Shown: positions 11,849-25,805, counted from the stretch's first letter. The stretch: DNA of 64,000 bases from Chiloscyllium plagiosum (GCF_004010195.1 NC_057752.1:6690811-6754810), one strand, 5' to 3'. Made by a program: numbers and translations. Notes: generated by a model from the sequence alone, not told the origin.

Positions 11849-13134
11849 TGACACTCCTGTTTATATCTGTCAGCCAGGACTCCCTGATTGGACCAGTTTA
11901 GCAGCCCCAGTTTTGCATGCAAGTCCTCTTTAGAAAGAATTAGGTATTTAAAATCCAGCTGTGAAAAGCGGTTAACCACTTGTTTGAAATTCCACAAAGG
12001 TGAAACTCCCTGTTGGGCTTCACAGTCCGTACGACCAGTGCAGCCCGTTCTGCAAACCATACTGGTTTGATGATTCTTTGGCTTTCCAGCCTCCTGATTT
12101 CTGTCTCTACTTTTGCATGCAAGGCAAATGGCACTGAGCAGGCCTTGCAGAATCTTGGAATTACTTGGTCAATATTTAAGGTGGCTTTGGCTCCTTTGAT
12201 AGTCCCCTAGCCTTTCCTGAAAAATGTCCGGGTATTTAATTAGGACTTCACTCAGGCAGCCATGTTCTAATTGGAAAATGTTGAGCCAATCAAGTGAAAT
12301 CTTTCTCAACCAATTCTGCCCCATCAAGCTTTGGGTCTGAGCCTTTTACTACAATCAGTGGGAACTGAACCAGCTGCTGCTTCTGAGAGACCAGAACCGA
12401 AGTTGTACCCTTAATCTGTAAATGTTCCTTGGTATAGGTTCTCTGCCTTTTAACCAGACATTTATTTTGATTGGTTCTGATTTGAATGTCACTAAGCAAT
12501 TTAACTGTTCCAAACCAGGTATAGGTGGACTTTGCAGGGTATGCACCCTCCTGGATGACGGCCTATGAGTTTTCTTACTCAGTTTAGGCCTAGTGGGACT
12601 CTGTTGCTGTCTCAAGTCCGTGTACCGGCAACAACTACAATGGCCCAGTTCCTCAAGAGAATCTTAACCATTTGGTTGATGTTTGACTTTGTTTTGGGGT
12701 TTTGCTGTGGACTGATCCAGAGTCCCTCTGTTCAGGATATGTCCTGAGTGCGGCTATGCAATTGCCTTTATTCAAGTGGTGTTCCCCAAGCTCAGTTGGA
12801 CTGGCAAGGGAGTCCACTTCCGTCAGAATACCCTATAATTCATATGCTCTACTTGCCACATTTACGAATGACAAAGTCAGTTGTGGTGCCTGTTTGAAGT
12901 CTAGTTGGGCTTCAGCGAGTAGGTGCTTTTGCATAGTCGCATCATTAATCCCAAATATCAAACTGCCTGTCAGCATCTCACTTAAAGTTAAACCAAAATC
13001 ACATGTGTTTGCCAGTCGTCTTAACCTGGCCAAGAATCCTGACGTGGATTTCCCGGTTCTCAAATGGCCGAGTGAAGCCAATAGCTTCTCAGAATTAGAG
13101 GCGGCTTGGGGTTGTATTGTTGTTTAACTATGTC

Positions 13135-16100
13135 TGTCATCCCGTTCCCCCTCCCCTCAGTCGAAGCAAAATGCTCAGAGACACAGTATAGCTTTACCTC
13201 CTTTATCTTTATTCCAGGCCCTGGAGAGAGAGAGAGAATGATTGCCCATGTGCACAGAGACATGAGTTCTCTGTCTTCTCTGGAAGCGCAGTTTCTTAAT
13301 TAATTATCTAGTCATTTTACAGGGAGGAGAATCCAGATATGGCAACATACGTATTGATTGGGTGACCGTTATAATCAGCGAGCGTCAACAGTAAAGATGA
13401 AGCCATCTGCTGTTATATAATGAATGTTCTTAACCTTAATTGGCTTCATATAATGAATACTTTTTACCTTGTTAAACTGACCTTACATACTGAATGCTTC
13501 CAATATTGTTAATTAGCTCTACATAATGAATGCTTTTCCACTTTGTTAACCCATTACCCTTTTATCCAGCACTCCATTGTTAACTAAGTTCTAATCTGAT
13601 CTGAGTCATGCTCAGCTGAACCTATTGTTTCACATACTCAAAACGTAACTCTTTCCCTACCTGCTCTTACCCAATTAACATTCTCATTCCCTCCTTTTAT
13701 CATTTCATGATAACCACCTAGATGGCACTACCAGGTTTCATAAGACTCTGACAGCCAGTATTTAAGAAAGTTATTGATACACAACATGCAGTGATTATAA
13801 CAACAAAATTACGAGTCTGTTACAGTAAATAGAATTTGAAGAATTCTCCCATGTGGTAACAAAATTCACCAGTAAAATTCTTCAATTCACAGTCCTTAAT
13901 GACCACTCCATCCCCTCCAAGTCGAGTGGAAAAGAGCCAGTTCTGCCAAATCTCCTTCAGTAAAGTCCAACCTGAAAACAAAATTCAGTTTGTCCTTATT
14001 GTCACTCCATGGAGAAATCTGTTTTCATGGATAAGGGCAGTTAAATGCTTCAGAAAACTGAGACCTCCGTCCTTCTAGAGATGCTTCAGATGGAAGATAC
14101 CAGCACATCTGAGTGTGTAGTGCTGCAGCTGCAGCAGCAGGCTAGGTATACACAGCATTCTTTGCTGCTGCTGCTGCTCCCGCTCAGCTGTTAAATGTAA
14201 CAAAGCCAACTGACTGTTATGATGTTAGCTTGATCAGTGAACCTTCATATCCAATAAATGATCGAAAGACAAGGTAAAGCTCACGCGGTTTAATGTCTGT
14301 AGGAAGGCTACTGACAAAAAGCGTACTGACCTCCCCTTCACTGTTGTTAGCTGCTTCATTTTTCGTGCTCATGACTGGTAAGCTGATTGAATCCGTTGGA
14401 TCAGGCTGTGGAGGGGTGGGCGGTGGTCCGAAGGATTTCTTTACCTGTGAATTGAGAAACTCTAGAGAAGATGTTAGCTGCTATTTTGCATTTCCTCTCT
14501 CATTCCTTCCTTGCCAAGGTGATTATCAGTATGAAGACAGCTGCACACTTAACTGCACTAAATAGCATCTGCCTATTTCAACATTCTTTGAATTCTTGAA
14601 GTCTGTAACTCTGTTCACTATTTATGATATTATAAAGTTTTATACAATCCATAAACTTCTAAATTGTTCTGCCTAAACAATTCAGTCAATTATAAACAAC
14701 AATCAGTGGTCCTAAAATCAAACCCTTCGTGACCCATTCATGTTATTCAAAAATTATTTTCCTTTAACAAATTGATACTTGGCAAATGTGAAACCTATGA
14801 GGAAAAATATTTCAAAAATTTGGAATGGCAAGAATGAAACAAAATGTTTCCTGTGCTTTAGCAATTGAAGAGTCAGTTTCAGTTCAGATTTAAATCCCAA
14901 ATATTCATGGGAAATAAGTGCAGAACATTTTAAAGTATTTTTTCCAAAATGAAGCTTCCCAAATAAAACAGTCAGAATTTCAGTGGCAACTTTGGTAGAG
15001 ATCAGCATTCTTTGAATTTGCAGTATGAAGGAGGCCAATAAAGGCTTAACAATAATTAACAGAATTTAAACAGCTTAGCATCAAGTCCTGATATTCTCTC
15101 AAAAATCTTAACAAACCATCAAACTCAAAATGGACTCTTCTTCTTGTGTACACTCTGCAATAAAAACACAGAGGCAAAGATATTTTAATACAAGAATCTC
15201 ATCTGGCTAAAGCATGACCACTGACCCAACTTCTTTTTTTAAAAAAAGGCATTGTAAAGTTTCAAACAATTCCGGGGATCAAGGCACTCAATCAATTGGT
15301 TTTAAGGTTACAAGTTTGATGATTCTGAAATTGTACAACATTACGTCCTTTTTAATGTAAAAACAAAAATCTGCCCCATGACATAGCACACAAAACACAC
15401 TGAATTGAGATTCTGACTCAAACAAGGCAAAGCAGTTACTTAAAAGGGTTTTCTGAACCAGTATTTTAACAAACCAAAATGTTTAAACATCAAGCACTCA
15501 CACCATGGCACAATTTACATTGAAACTTTCCTTTTTCAACCCAAGTATTAGTACAACCTTAATTTCAATGTTTCTCGAGTTTTTTTTTTGCATCCTCTCG
15601 CTGAAGTTACACTCCTAAAAAGAGAGAGCCCTCACAGCGGACTACGTAGTACTACAATCTAAGCCGCCACACTACCACCACCACCATCATCAAACTCGCA
15701 GAGCCTCAAAATTCCCCACTAGGGAACATTAAGCCCTTTTTAACTTTACTCCTCATGGGGGCCTGAATCCCACTTAAACACAGAGCTTGAACCCTAGCAC
15801 AGCATGGAGGACTTGAACATCACTAAAACCCACCCAGTAGACTTGAAACCCAGTACCACGCAGAGGACTCTAACCTTAATCAAACCTACTCCAGTGGACT
15901 CTAACTTCAATCACACCCCCCAAGAGGACTCAACCCAGTACCGCGCATAGGACCCAACCTCAATTAACCCACCCAGGGGACTCTAGCCCCAGAACCATGA
16001 GCAGGACTCTATCCTCAATCACACCCCACTCCCCCCAATACAGTGCAGAGGACTTGAACCTCTGTCTGCCAGCACGCTTGCGAAACTGTCTCTCTCGACT

Positions 16101-16836
16101 GAAGTAATTACCGTTCGAGGAATCCGTAGAATGGAGAGCGATCGAACTAGAGGTCAGTCTCTGGAACATAGGAATATTGAGAGGGACCAAGGTTTAAAAT
16201 CTTGCCTCATGGGCCAGTCCGTCTCGAGACACCGATGTTCCAGGCGGCTGCTGACACTGTCTGATTGTAACTATTTGTTTGGATCCTGCTGACTGTGTGC
16301 CAATATCGTTGTCCCAGGTACCCCCTCAGTCGAAGCAAAATGCTCAGGGACACAGTATAGTTTTACCTCCTTCATCTTTATTCCGGGTCCTGGAGGGAGA
16401 GAAAACAATCGCCCATATGCATAGAGACATGAGTTCATGGTCTTCTCTGGAAGAGCAGTTTCTTAATGAATTATCTAGTCATTTTACAGGGAGAAGCATC
16501 CAGATAAGGCAATATATGTATTGATTGGGTGAGCATCAACAGTAAAAATTAAGCCATCTGTACACAATAAATGTTCTTAACTTTAACTGGCTTCACATAA
16601 TGAATGCTTTTCACCTTGTTAAACTGACCTTATATACTAAACGCTTCCAATATTGTTAAATGGCTCTACATAACGAATGCTTTTCCACCTTGTTAACCCA
16701 TTACCCTTGCCTCCAGCACCCCATTGTTAATTGCAAGTTCTTATCTGTTCTGAGTCATGCTCAGCTGAACTTCTTGTTTCACAAAACTCAAAACTTTACT
16801 CTTTCCCTACCTGCTCATACCCAATACACATTCTCA
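13135..16836 (-). mobile_element. Complete but apparently non-coding LTR (ERV-like) element nested in Gypsy gag
   Basis: Direct repeats at 13135-13686 and 16304-16836 (~540 bp, TG..CA outer ends). 4-bp TSD TGTC (13131-13134, 16837-16840); the empty site is seen at ~6072-6090. PPT AAAAGGAGGGAA on the minus strand (13698-13687) and tRNA-Ser-like PBS at 16302-16281. Confidence 0.88.
15740..16070. repeat. Degenerate tandem repeat (GAGGACT..AACC units) in the leader of the LTR element
   Basis: Repeated CAGAGGACT/GGACTTGAA(A)CC/GGACTCTAACC motifs at ~30-40 bp spacing. Confidence 0.7.
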
Positions 16837-17559
16837 TGTCCATCAATTCTTGGAAAGTTTTAGTATCTGGTGCCTCAGGGAAAGTTTGGCTCCTAATAAG
16901 CGAAAAAGCTGCTAGTCCATAAGCTGTTAAGGGAATTACTGGTTGCTTTTCATTTACCCCAGTGTCATTTGCCTGGGGAAAAAATAACACATTCTTTCCA
17001 CATACTGGGCCCAGTCTTTGACGGCAGGATCAAACGAGTCAAGCTTTCCAAATAGCAGCATGATGCCAGAAATGCTTACCCCAACTCAAAGATAACTGTT
17101 AAGAGCAAATCTCTTCAGGAGCATGTTTTTCTCTCATCGCCACTGAAATAGCTCTATGGAGGCAGGTATCCCGTCACACTTTATTCCTGCTTCCAATCGT
17201 ATGTGACACTGATCCAGCTCCTTCAAAGCGAGCTCTCAGTGAGCAGGATATCTGTCAGCGAAGGCTCCCTGATTAGACCAGATCAATGAACTCGTATTCT
17301 GTGAGGTCCACCTGGCTGACCTTGTTACAATTACTGCAGCAAGTAAGTTGCTGGAATGGCTATGAGATCGCATTCATTTACCTCATTTTGCGCCATCAGT
17401 TCATCTATTTTATTCCAAATGCATCTTGCATGAAGATACACAGCCTTTAAGTTTATTCTGTTGTCAAATTTCTCTACACTTTTATGGTTCTTTAGTATAG
17501 TGTGACATTCAAATGTTCAGTCCCTTCCTTTTGTTTTCTGGTAACGTTCAACTCCATCA

Positions 17560-18420
17560 TGAACCTGCAATCCCACCTTCTCCTTTACCTTTGATATAAG
17601 TTTTCATGCAATTGAACCCACTCCCCAACTATTTAGTTTAAAAGCTTACCTACAGCCCTAGTTATGCATTCACTTCTTCAGTCTTGTTGACTTTGTTCCA
17701 AATTTCTTGTTGCTCAGGCAGTAATCCGGTGATGATTACTTTGTCTCAGTTCTGCTTTTTAATTTAGCCCCCAACTACTCATATTCCCTCTGCAGAACTT
17801 CTTTCCTCTTTCTACTGACATCATTGGTACCTACGTGGACCACGGCAACTGAACCTTTCCCCTCCGCAAAGTCTCTCTGCAGGCTTTGGAATTCTCGATC
17901 TTAGCCAAAGAGAACAGTGTCTGTTCCCAACACTATACTATACTCAATGACAACTACATTGCTATTTCCCCCCCCCCCCCCCAAACCCCCTCTCGAATGA
18001 TTCCCTGTACCATGGTGCTATGGTCAGTTTGCTCATCCTCCCTACAGCTCCACTCTCATCCACACAGGGAACAAGAATCTCAAACTTGTTCGACAAGCTC
18101 AAGGGCAGAGGCTCCTGGAACACTACCTCCTGAATCCCTCTACCTGCCTCACTCGTAATCTCACCTTCCTGTCACTCACTACTGACCAAATGAGACGTAG
18201 TTAAGGTATGTGATTATCTGCTGAAACACAGCATGCAGGTAACTCTTCTCCTCCCTGATGTGTCACAGTGTTCGAAGCTCAGATTTCAGCTCATCGATTC
18301 TGAGCAGAGTTCCTAAAGCATGAAACGTTTACTATAGAACTGGTTACTATGAACCACAACAGGGTCCACCAGCTCCCACATCACACAGGTACAATACGTC
18401 GCCTGGCCCGGCATCACTTT
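17560..18420 (-). mobile_element. CR1 LINE ORF1 (esterase-like) region, decayed
   Basis: TCATTGGTACCTACGTGGACCACG is the reverse complement of VVHVGTND, the CR1 ORF1 SGNH-esterase motif. Confidence 0.7.
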
Positions 18421-19519
18421 TTTAAAAAAAAACTTCCTACTGGTATTGTAGTTTTTAATCCATAAATATTTCTCCTATTTACCTTTAATCTGAATATAAC
18501 CTATAATAGCCAAATTAGCAGCTATTATCAACAAATGAATTTGGTTTTCCTGTGATGTCACATTGCCATGTGCTGGGCCCTGATTCTGAACTTCAATTTA
18601 TCCTGTTTTAAAAAAATCCTTTACAAATTATGAACCCAGAAAGCACCTCTTTCCTCTGCTCCAAAATCCCCATTATGTATACTTGCTCAGGTTGTGCTTT
18701 ATTCCAGATATGATCTCTCCTTGCTGATCGTATCAAGCTTACTAGTGTCCATCTGAACTGGAACTTGGAAAAACCTTCCATCAGTTTACAGCAATTTGAT
18801 TCCATCAACAAGAAACATGATGGACTGTGAGAATTTAGTGAATTCTATCTTCTGTATTTCAGGCCATTGGCCAACAAGGGTGTTTTTCTGCTGTCACTTT
18901 CAAAATATAATTTCTGCAGTGTCTTAGTTATCTTTGAGAGTGTATTTGTATTTGGACTAATAGGGGATAATTCTGGATTTATAGTTTGGATGTTAGCCAG
19001 TTTTTCCATTTGATTTTGGAAATGACTTTTTGTTTCACACTAAATTGATTATTTTTGAGTTCATTGAAAAAGTTTGGCAAAAGCCTCTTTAATTCTGGGT
19101 AGTAGCCCACAAGGAAAGCAATTAGCTGTAGATAGTGGTTGAATCAAAACGTTTACACTAAACGGTGAGACTTATGGAATAGTGAAGCTTGATTACCAGT
19201 GTATTCCTCCCAACATAGATGTAACAGTTGAATGTTTGCATTGCTAATGTTCATTTGAATTATGATGTTTATAGGCAATTATAAAATGCTTCTGATATGC
19301 AGCCCATGACTTCAAATTGTGGTTTTATAATTGTCTTTACAAACTGCTTTAATATTTTGAATTCTGGGGGCTCACCAACTAGGAGTCTGTGTTTGTGCTA
19401 TAAAGTAGCTTTCCATAGCTCTTTGTTAATATTGTGGTCATTATTAGACTCTTAATTCCAGATATTCGTTGAATTCAAATTCCATGATCCACTGTGGCGG
19501 GGTTTGAACCCAGGTCCCA

Positions 19520-19850
19520 GCCCCAGTCCCAATCCCATTAAGGTATAACACAACCAGCTTCTACAGGCCCCACTCGCTGCAATTCCCTCAATGTAACACC
19601 CACCCTCCTACACCAGTTCTCCAACCATGATTTCAATTGATCAATCCTTCTGTACTTAACATTCTCTAGCACGTGGCACTGTCAGTAATTCTGGGATTAA
19701 TGCTCTTGAGGGCCTGCTTTTTAATTTCCTTTCCTTTTTAATTTCCAGGACCTTGCCCTCCTTCTTACCCATGTCATTGGTACCAATGTGGACCACAACT
19801 TCTGGCTGATTTTCCCCCTCCCTCAGAGGATATCCTGCAGTCACTGTGTC
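19520..19850 (-). mobile_element. CR1 ORF1 esterase fragment
   Basis: ORF 19656-19844: EGENQPEVVVHIGTNDMGK...LKSRPSR..I..LL.VPRA. Confidence 0.8.
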
Positions 19851-20109
19851 ATCTTTGGCAAGCCCTTGTATTACTTGACTTTATTTTTAAAAAAAACTTA
19901 CTGCAGTAATCAAAACCTAGATCAGGCAAGTAATTTCAAGTGTTTGATAGGTAGCTGCCTGACCGTGGCAATTATCTGTTTGACTTGGCTAGTTTAACTT
20001 TCTTAAAATCTGGTTGAGCTGTGTCTTCGGGGGTTGCACAGACTTGCTGGGCTGAATGGCCTCTAACCACACTATAGGGATTGTATGATCATGTGGCTCT
20101 ACATCTGAT

Positions 20110-22686
20110 TTTTTTTATTTATTCATAAGCTGTGGGCATTTCTCACTGGGCCAGCAATTATTGCCAGTTCCTGCTTGCCCTTGAGAAGGTGACAGTGAGC
20201 TGCTTTCTTGAATTGCTGCAGTCCATTTGTTGTAGGTAGACCCACAATGCCATTAGGGAGGGAATTCTAGGATTTTGACCTGACAACAATGAAAGAATGG
20301 TGATAAATTGCCAAGTCAGGATGTATCTGCTGCCCTTGTCCTTTTAGGTAGAAGCGGTCATGGGTTTGGAAGGTGTTGTCTCAGGATCTTTGGTGAATGT
20401 CTGCAGTGCATCTTGCAGATGCTACACCCTGCTGCTACTGACCATTGATGATGGAGGAAGTGAATCATTGTGAATGTGCTGCCAATCATGTGGGCTGCTT
20501 TGTCCTGGATGCTGTAAAGCTTCTTGAATATTGTTGGAATTGCAATCATCTAGGCAAGTGTGGAGTATTCCATCTCACTCCTGACTTGTGGGCAGGCTTG
20601 TGGGAGTAAGGAGGTGAATTACTTAGTGCAGTATTCTTAGCCTTGACCTTCTCTTATTGCCACTGTATTTATGTGGTGAGTCCAGTTGAATTCTGGGTCC
20701 AAACTACACCCCCACCACCACCACCACACACTCTGATAGTGGGGAATTCAGTGATGGTGATGCCGTTTAGTGTAAGGAGCAATGGTTGGATTGTCTCTTG
20801 TCATTACTTGGCAGTTGTGCAGCTTGAATGTTATTCGTTATTTTCAGTCCATGCCTGCATATTGTGCAGGTCTTGTGCATTTGAACATGAACTGTTTTAG
20901 TATCTGAGGAGTCATGAATGGTGCTGAGCATTGTGTAATCATCAGCAAACATCCCCACTTCTGATCTTATGATGGAGGGAAGGTCATTGAAGGTAGTTGG
21001 GCCAAGTCCTGCTGAGATAACTGATCTCAACCATCTTCCTATGACTCCAACCAGTGGAACCAAGGCTGTAATGAGGTCAGGAGCTGAGTGGCTCTGGTAG
21101 AACCCAAACTGGGCGTCACTGAAAAGGTTATTGCTGAGCAGGTGCTGCTTGACAGCACGATTGATGACACCTTCCAGCACTTTGCTAATGATCAAGAGTA
21201 GCCTGGTGGGCCAGGTTAGATTTGTTCTAAAGTTTATGTATAGGATACAGGATGTACCAGCAATGTTCCACATCGTCAAGTAGATGCCAGTGTTGTAACT
21301 GTACTGGAATAGATGGCAAGGGAAACAGCAAGTTCTGGAGCTCAAGTCTTCAGTATTATTGCCAGAAATGTTGTCAGGGCCTGTAGCCTTTGCAATATCC
21401 AATGTCTCCAACCATTTTTTGATATCGCGTGAATCAAATTGCCTGAAGACTGGATCTGTGATGCTGGAGACCACTGGAGGAGGCCAAGATGGATCATCCA
21501 CTTGTCTTTTCTGGCAGAGGATTGCTACAAACATTTCAGCCTTATCTTTTGCACTGAGTTGTTGGGCTTTTCAATCGTGGAAGATGGAGCTATTTGTGGA
21601 GCCACCTCCTCCAGTGAATTGTTTAATTGTCCACCACCATTCATGACTGGATATGGCAGGACTGCAGAGCTGAGATCAGATCTGATGATTGTGGGATCAC
21701 TTTGCTCTGTCTATCAATTGCTAATGCTGTTTGACACGTAAGTAATCCTGTTTGGTAGCTTCACCAGGTTGACCCCTCATTTTTAGGCATGTCTGTTGCT
21801 GCTCCTGGCATGCCCTCTTCCACTCTTTGTTGAACCAGAGTTGGTCCCTGGCTTGATGGTAATGGTAGAGTGGTGGACATGCTGGGCCATGAGGTTGCAA
21901 ATCATCTTGGAGTGCAATTTAGCTGCTGCTGTTGGCCTACAGTGCCTCATGGATGCGCAGTCTTGAGTTGTTAATCTGTTCTCATTTAGCACAGTAATAA
22001 CACCACACAACATGATGGAGGGTAATTTCAATGTGAAGATGGGACTTCGTTTCCACAAGGATTCTGCGGTGGTTGTTTTTACAGATGCTGTCATTGACAG
22101 ATACATCTGTGGTAGGCATATTGGTGAGGATGAGGTCAAGTATAGTTTTATCTCTTGGTCTCCGCTCTATTTGCCACAGACTCAATCTAGCAGCAGCACC
22201 CAACCAGATTGATCAGTAATATTGTTGATGAGCCACTCTTGGTGGTGGACATGGAAATCCCCCCACCCAAAGTACATTCTGCGCTCTTGCCACCCTCCGA
22301 GCTTCCTCCAAGTGGTTCTCAACATGGAGGAGTATTTATTTATCGACCATGGGATAATGGTATATGGTAATCAGTCGTGTCTCATGGCATCAGGTGAAAC
22401 ATGGGCTTCATGGGGTCCAGAGTCAATGTTGAGTACCCCAAGGGTAACTCTCTCCTGACTGTGTATACCACTGTGCCACCACCTCTGCTGGGTTTGTCCT
22501 GTCGGTGGGACAGGATATAATTGAGGGATAGTGATGATAGTGTCTGTGAAGTATGATTCTGAGAGTATGACTTTGTCAGGCTGCTGTTTCACTAGTCTGT
22601 AAGGCAGTGCTCCCAAGTTTGGCACTAGCCCCTAGATATTAGTAAGGCGGACTCTGCAGGGTTAACAGGGCTGCTTTTGCAGTTGC
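20110..22686 (-). mobile_element. CR1-superfamily LINE (EN-RT), decayed; 5' part continues at 26398-26776
   Basis: Minus-strand QQPD.VILSESY (APE), ILDLILTN, KATGPDNI, QFGF.Q.HSAPDLITALV and NDLPSIIRSEVGMFADD (RT) motifs. Confidence 0.85.
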
Positions 22687-22794
22687 CATAGTAAGAGCTG
22701 TACAGCACAGAAACAGACTCTTCAGTCCAACCTGTCCGTGCCAACCGGATTTCCTCAACTGACGTAGTCCCATTTGCCAGCGTTTGATTGATAT

Positions 22795-23104
22795 TATGAT
22801 GATGCTGCTCCTTTACTGAGGTTGTGTTGTCCTTGGTTTTTTGTTCAGGAGGTCATAAAGATGCAGGCTTTGAAATGTTGAGGTTTGAAGGGTTTCAGGG
22901 CCAGTTTGATTATAGATAACAGGTACTGCCTCAGACAAAAGGCTTTCAAGTTTAAAAAAAACACTTGTACAAATGAAAGGGGAGTGGCCAGTTCTCCCAG
23001 GTTTTACTTTGGTTTGATTTGGTTTTTAGCATTCTGGCTGTTGTGAAAAGCAGTCGTTGTGAAGCTGCCGGACTCGAAGCAGGTCCATGCTGGTCCTTCC
23101 TCTC
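22795..23104 (+). mobile_element. Partial LTR-like sequence related to solo LTR 45405-46063
   Basis: The start resembles the reverse complement of the end of 45405-46063 (…GGTT.T.TTGTCCT…GAGGT.ATAA…GGCCAG.TCTC.CAG). Confidence 0.45.
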
Positions 23105-25805
23105 TCATAGAGTCATAGAGATGTACAGCATGGAAACAGACCCTTTGGTCCAACTTCTGCATGCCGACCAGATATCCCAACATAATCTAGTCCAATTTTC
23201 CAGCATTTCGCCCATATCCCCCTCAACCTTTCCTATTCTTCCACCCATCCAGATGCCTTTTAATTGTTGTAATTGTACAAACCTCCAACACTTCCTCTGA
23301 CAGATCATTCCAAGCACGCACCACCCTCTGTGTAAAAAGGTTGCCCCTTGGAGGCCTTTTATATTTTTCCCCCCTCACCTTAAACCTATGCCTTCTAGTT
23401 CTGGGCTCCCCCACCCCAGGAAGATGACCTTGTCGATTTATCCGATCCATGCCCCTCATGATTTTATAAACCTCCGACGCTCCAGGGAAAACAGCTCCTG
23501 CCAATTCAGCCTCTCCCTATAGCTAACACTTCAACCCTGGCAACATCCTTGTAAATCTTTTCTGAACCCTTTCAAGTTTCACAACATCCTTCTGATAGGA
23601 AGGAGACCAGAATTGCACGCAATATTCCAACAGTGGCCTAACCAATGTCCTGTACTGCCGCAACATGACCTCCCAACTCCTGTACTCAATACTCTGACCG
23701 ATAAAGGAAAGCAAACCAAATGCCTCCTTCGCTATCCCATCGACCTGCAACTCTACTTTCAAGGAACTATGAACCTGCACTCCAAGGTCTCTTTGTTCAG
23801 CAACACTCCCCAGGAGGTTATCATTAAGTGTCCAGGTCCTGCTGTGATTTGCTTTCCCAAAATGTGCATCTTGCATTTATCTAAATTAAACTCCATCTGC
23901 AACTCCTCACCCCATCTGATTGGCCCATCTGATCAAGATCCCATTGTACTCTGAGGTAACCTTTGCTGTCCACTACACCTCCAATTTTGCAAACGTACTA
24001 ACTATACTTCCTACGTTCACATCCAAATCATTTATATAATTGATGAAAAGCAGTGGAACCAGCACCGATCCTTGTGGCACACCGCTGGTCACAAGCCTCC
24101 AGTCTGAAAAGCAGCCCTCCACCACCACCCTCTGTCTTCTACCTTTGAGTCAGTTTTGTATCCAAATGGCTAGTTGTCCTTGTATTCCATGAGATCTAAC
24201 CTTGCTAAATAGGCTAGCATGAGGATCTTTGTCAAATGTCTTATTGAAGTCCATATAGATCACGTCCACTGCTCTGCCCTCATCAATCCTCTTTGTTACT
24301 TCTTCAAAAAATTCAATCAAGTTTGTGAGACATGATTTCCCATGCACAAAGCCATGTTGACTATCCCTAATCAGTCCTTGCCTTTCCAAACATATGTAAA
24401 TCTTGTTTCTTGGAATTCCCTCCAACAACTTGCCTACCGCTGATGTCAGGCTCACCGGCCTATACTTCCCTGGCTTGTCCTTACCACCTTTCTTTAATGG
24501 TGGCACCACATTAGCCAACCTCCAGTCTTCTGGCACCTCACCCGTGACTATCAATGATACAAATATCTCAGTGAGGGGCCCAGCACTCACTTCCCTAGCT
24601 TCCCACAGAGTTCTATGGTATACCTGATCAGGTCCTGGGGATTTATCTACTTTGATGCATTTCAAGACATCCAACACCACCATCTCTGCAATATGGACAT
24701 TCAAGATGTCACCATCTATTTCCCCACAGTCTGTATCTTCCATGTCCTCCTTTGCAGTAAACACTGATGCCAAATACTCTCCCATCTCCTGCGATTCCGC
24801 ACATTGGCGGATCTTTGAGGGACCCTATTCTCTTCCTAGTTACCCTTTTGTCCTTCATGTTTTTATAAATACCCTTTGGATTATCCTTAGCCTTATTTTC
24901 AAAGCTAGCTCATGTTCCCTTTTTCCCCTTCCTGATTTCCCTCTGAAGTATATTCCTACTGCCTTTATACTCTTCTAAGGATTCACTCGATCTCTCCTGT
25001 CTATACCTGACATATGCTTCTTTCTTTTTCTGAACCAAAACTTCAATTTCTCTAGTCATCCAGCATTTCCTGCACCTACCAGGAATATAGTGTCTCTGGA
25101 CTCCCATTTTCCAGCCGTCCCTTTACCTGTGAACATCTGCCCCCAATCAGCTTTTGAAAGTTCTTGCCGAAGACCGTCAAAACTCGCCTTCCTCCAGTTT
25201 AGAACTTCAACTTTTAGATTTGGTCTATGCTTTTCCATCACTATTTTAAAACTAATAGAATTATGGTCGCTGGCCCCAAAGTGCTCCCCCACTGACACCT
25301 CAGTCACATGCCCTGCCTTATTTCCCCAAGAGTAGGTCAAGTTTTGCACCTTCTCTAGTAGGTATATCCACCTACTGATTCAGAAAATTTTCTTGTACAC
25401 ACCTAACAAATTCCTCTCCATCCAAACCCTTAACATTATTGCAGTCCCAGTCTATGTTTGGAAATTAAAAATCCTCTACCATAAGCACCCTATTATTCTT
25501 GGAGGTAACTGAAATCTCCTTACAAATTTGTTTCTTAATTTCCTGCTGACTATTGGGGGTTTATAATACAATTCCAAAAAAGTGATTATCCCTTTCTTAT
25601 TTCTCTGTTCCACCCAAAAAACCTCCATGGATGTATTCCAAGGATTATCCTCCCCAAGTACAGCTGTAATGCTATTCCTTATCAAAAATGCCACTCCCCC
25701 TCCTCTTTTGCGCTCCCATCAATCCTTCCTATAGCATGTGTATCCTGGAACATTAAGCTGCCAGTCCTGTCCATCCCTGAGACACGTCTCTGTAATTGCT
25801 ATGCC
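23105..25805 (-). mobile_element. CR1 (HER1-like) LINE, near-complete ORF2 with internal deletions
   Basis: ORFs 24150-24785 (KSPGPDQ..VPEDWRLANVVP..YRPVSLTS..QHGF..GKSCLTNLIEFF..VDVIYMDF.K.FDK) and 23523-23876 ([15 protein letters not shown]); CATAGAGTCATAGA 3' tail at ~23105. Confidence 0.92.

Larger units (their letters stand above)
11610..17337 (-). mobile_element. Gypsy-type LTR retrotransposon relic (copy 2), interrupted by a nested LTR element
   Basis: Homologous to 2824-6605 (FLARLRRLANTCDFG gag; PFALHAKVETEIRRLE RT start). LTR at 17144-~17337 with PBS-like TGGCGATGAG (17142-17133); partial second LTR at ~11610-11900. Confidence 0.85.

Noticed and set aside
14371..14383. ATGACTG|GTAAGC phase-1 donor
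   Set aside because: It lies inside the nested LTR element and has no similarity to IKZF N-termini; probably chance.
15740..16070. Spaced repeats resembling a CRISPR array
   Set aside because: Eukaryotic context, degenerate units with related spacers and no cas genes; this is an LTR-element leader minisatellite.
18817..18927. MMDCENLVNSIFCISG as a possible IKZF4 first coding exon
   Set aside because: Only faint similarity to the Eos N-terminus, and there is no GT donor at the required phase-1 position.
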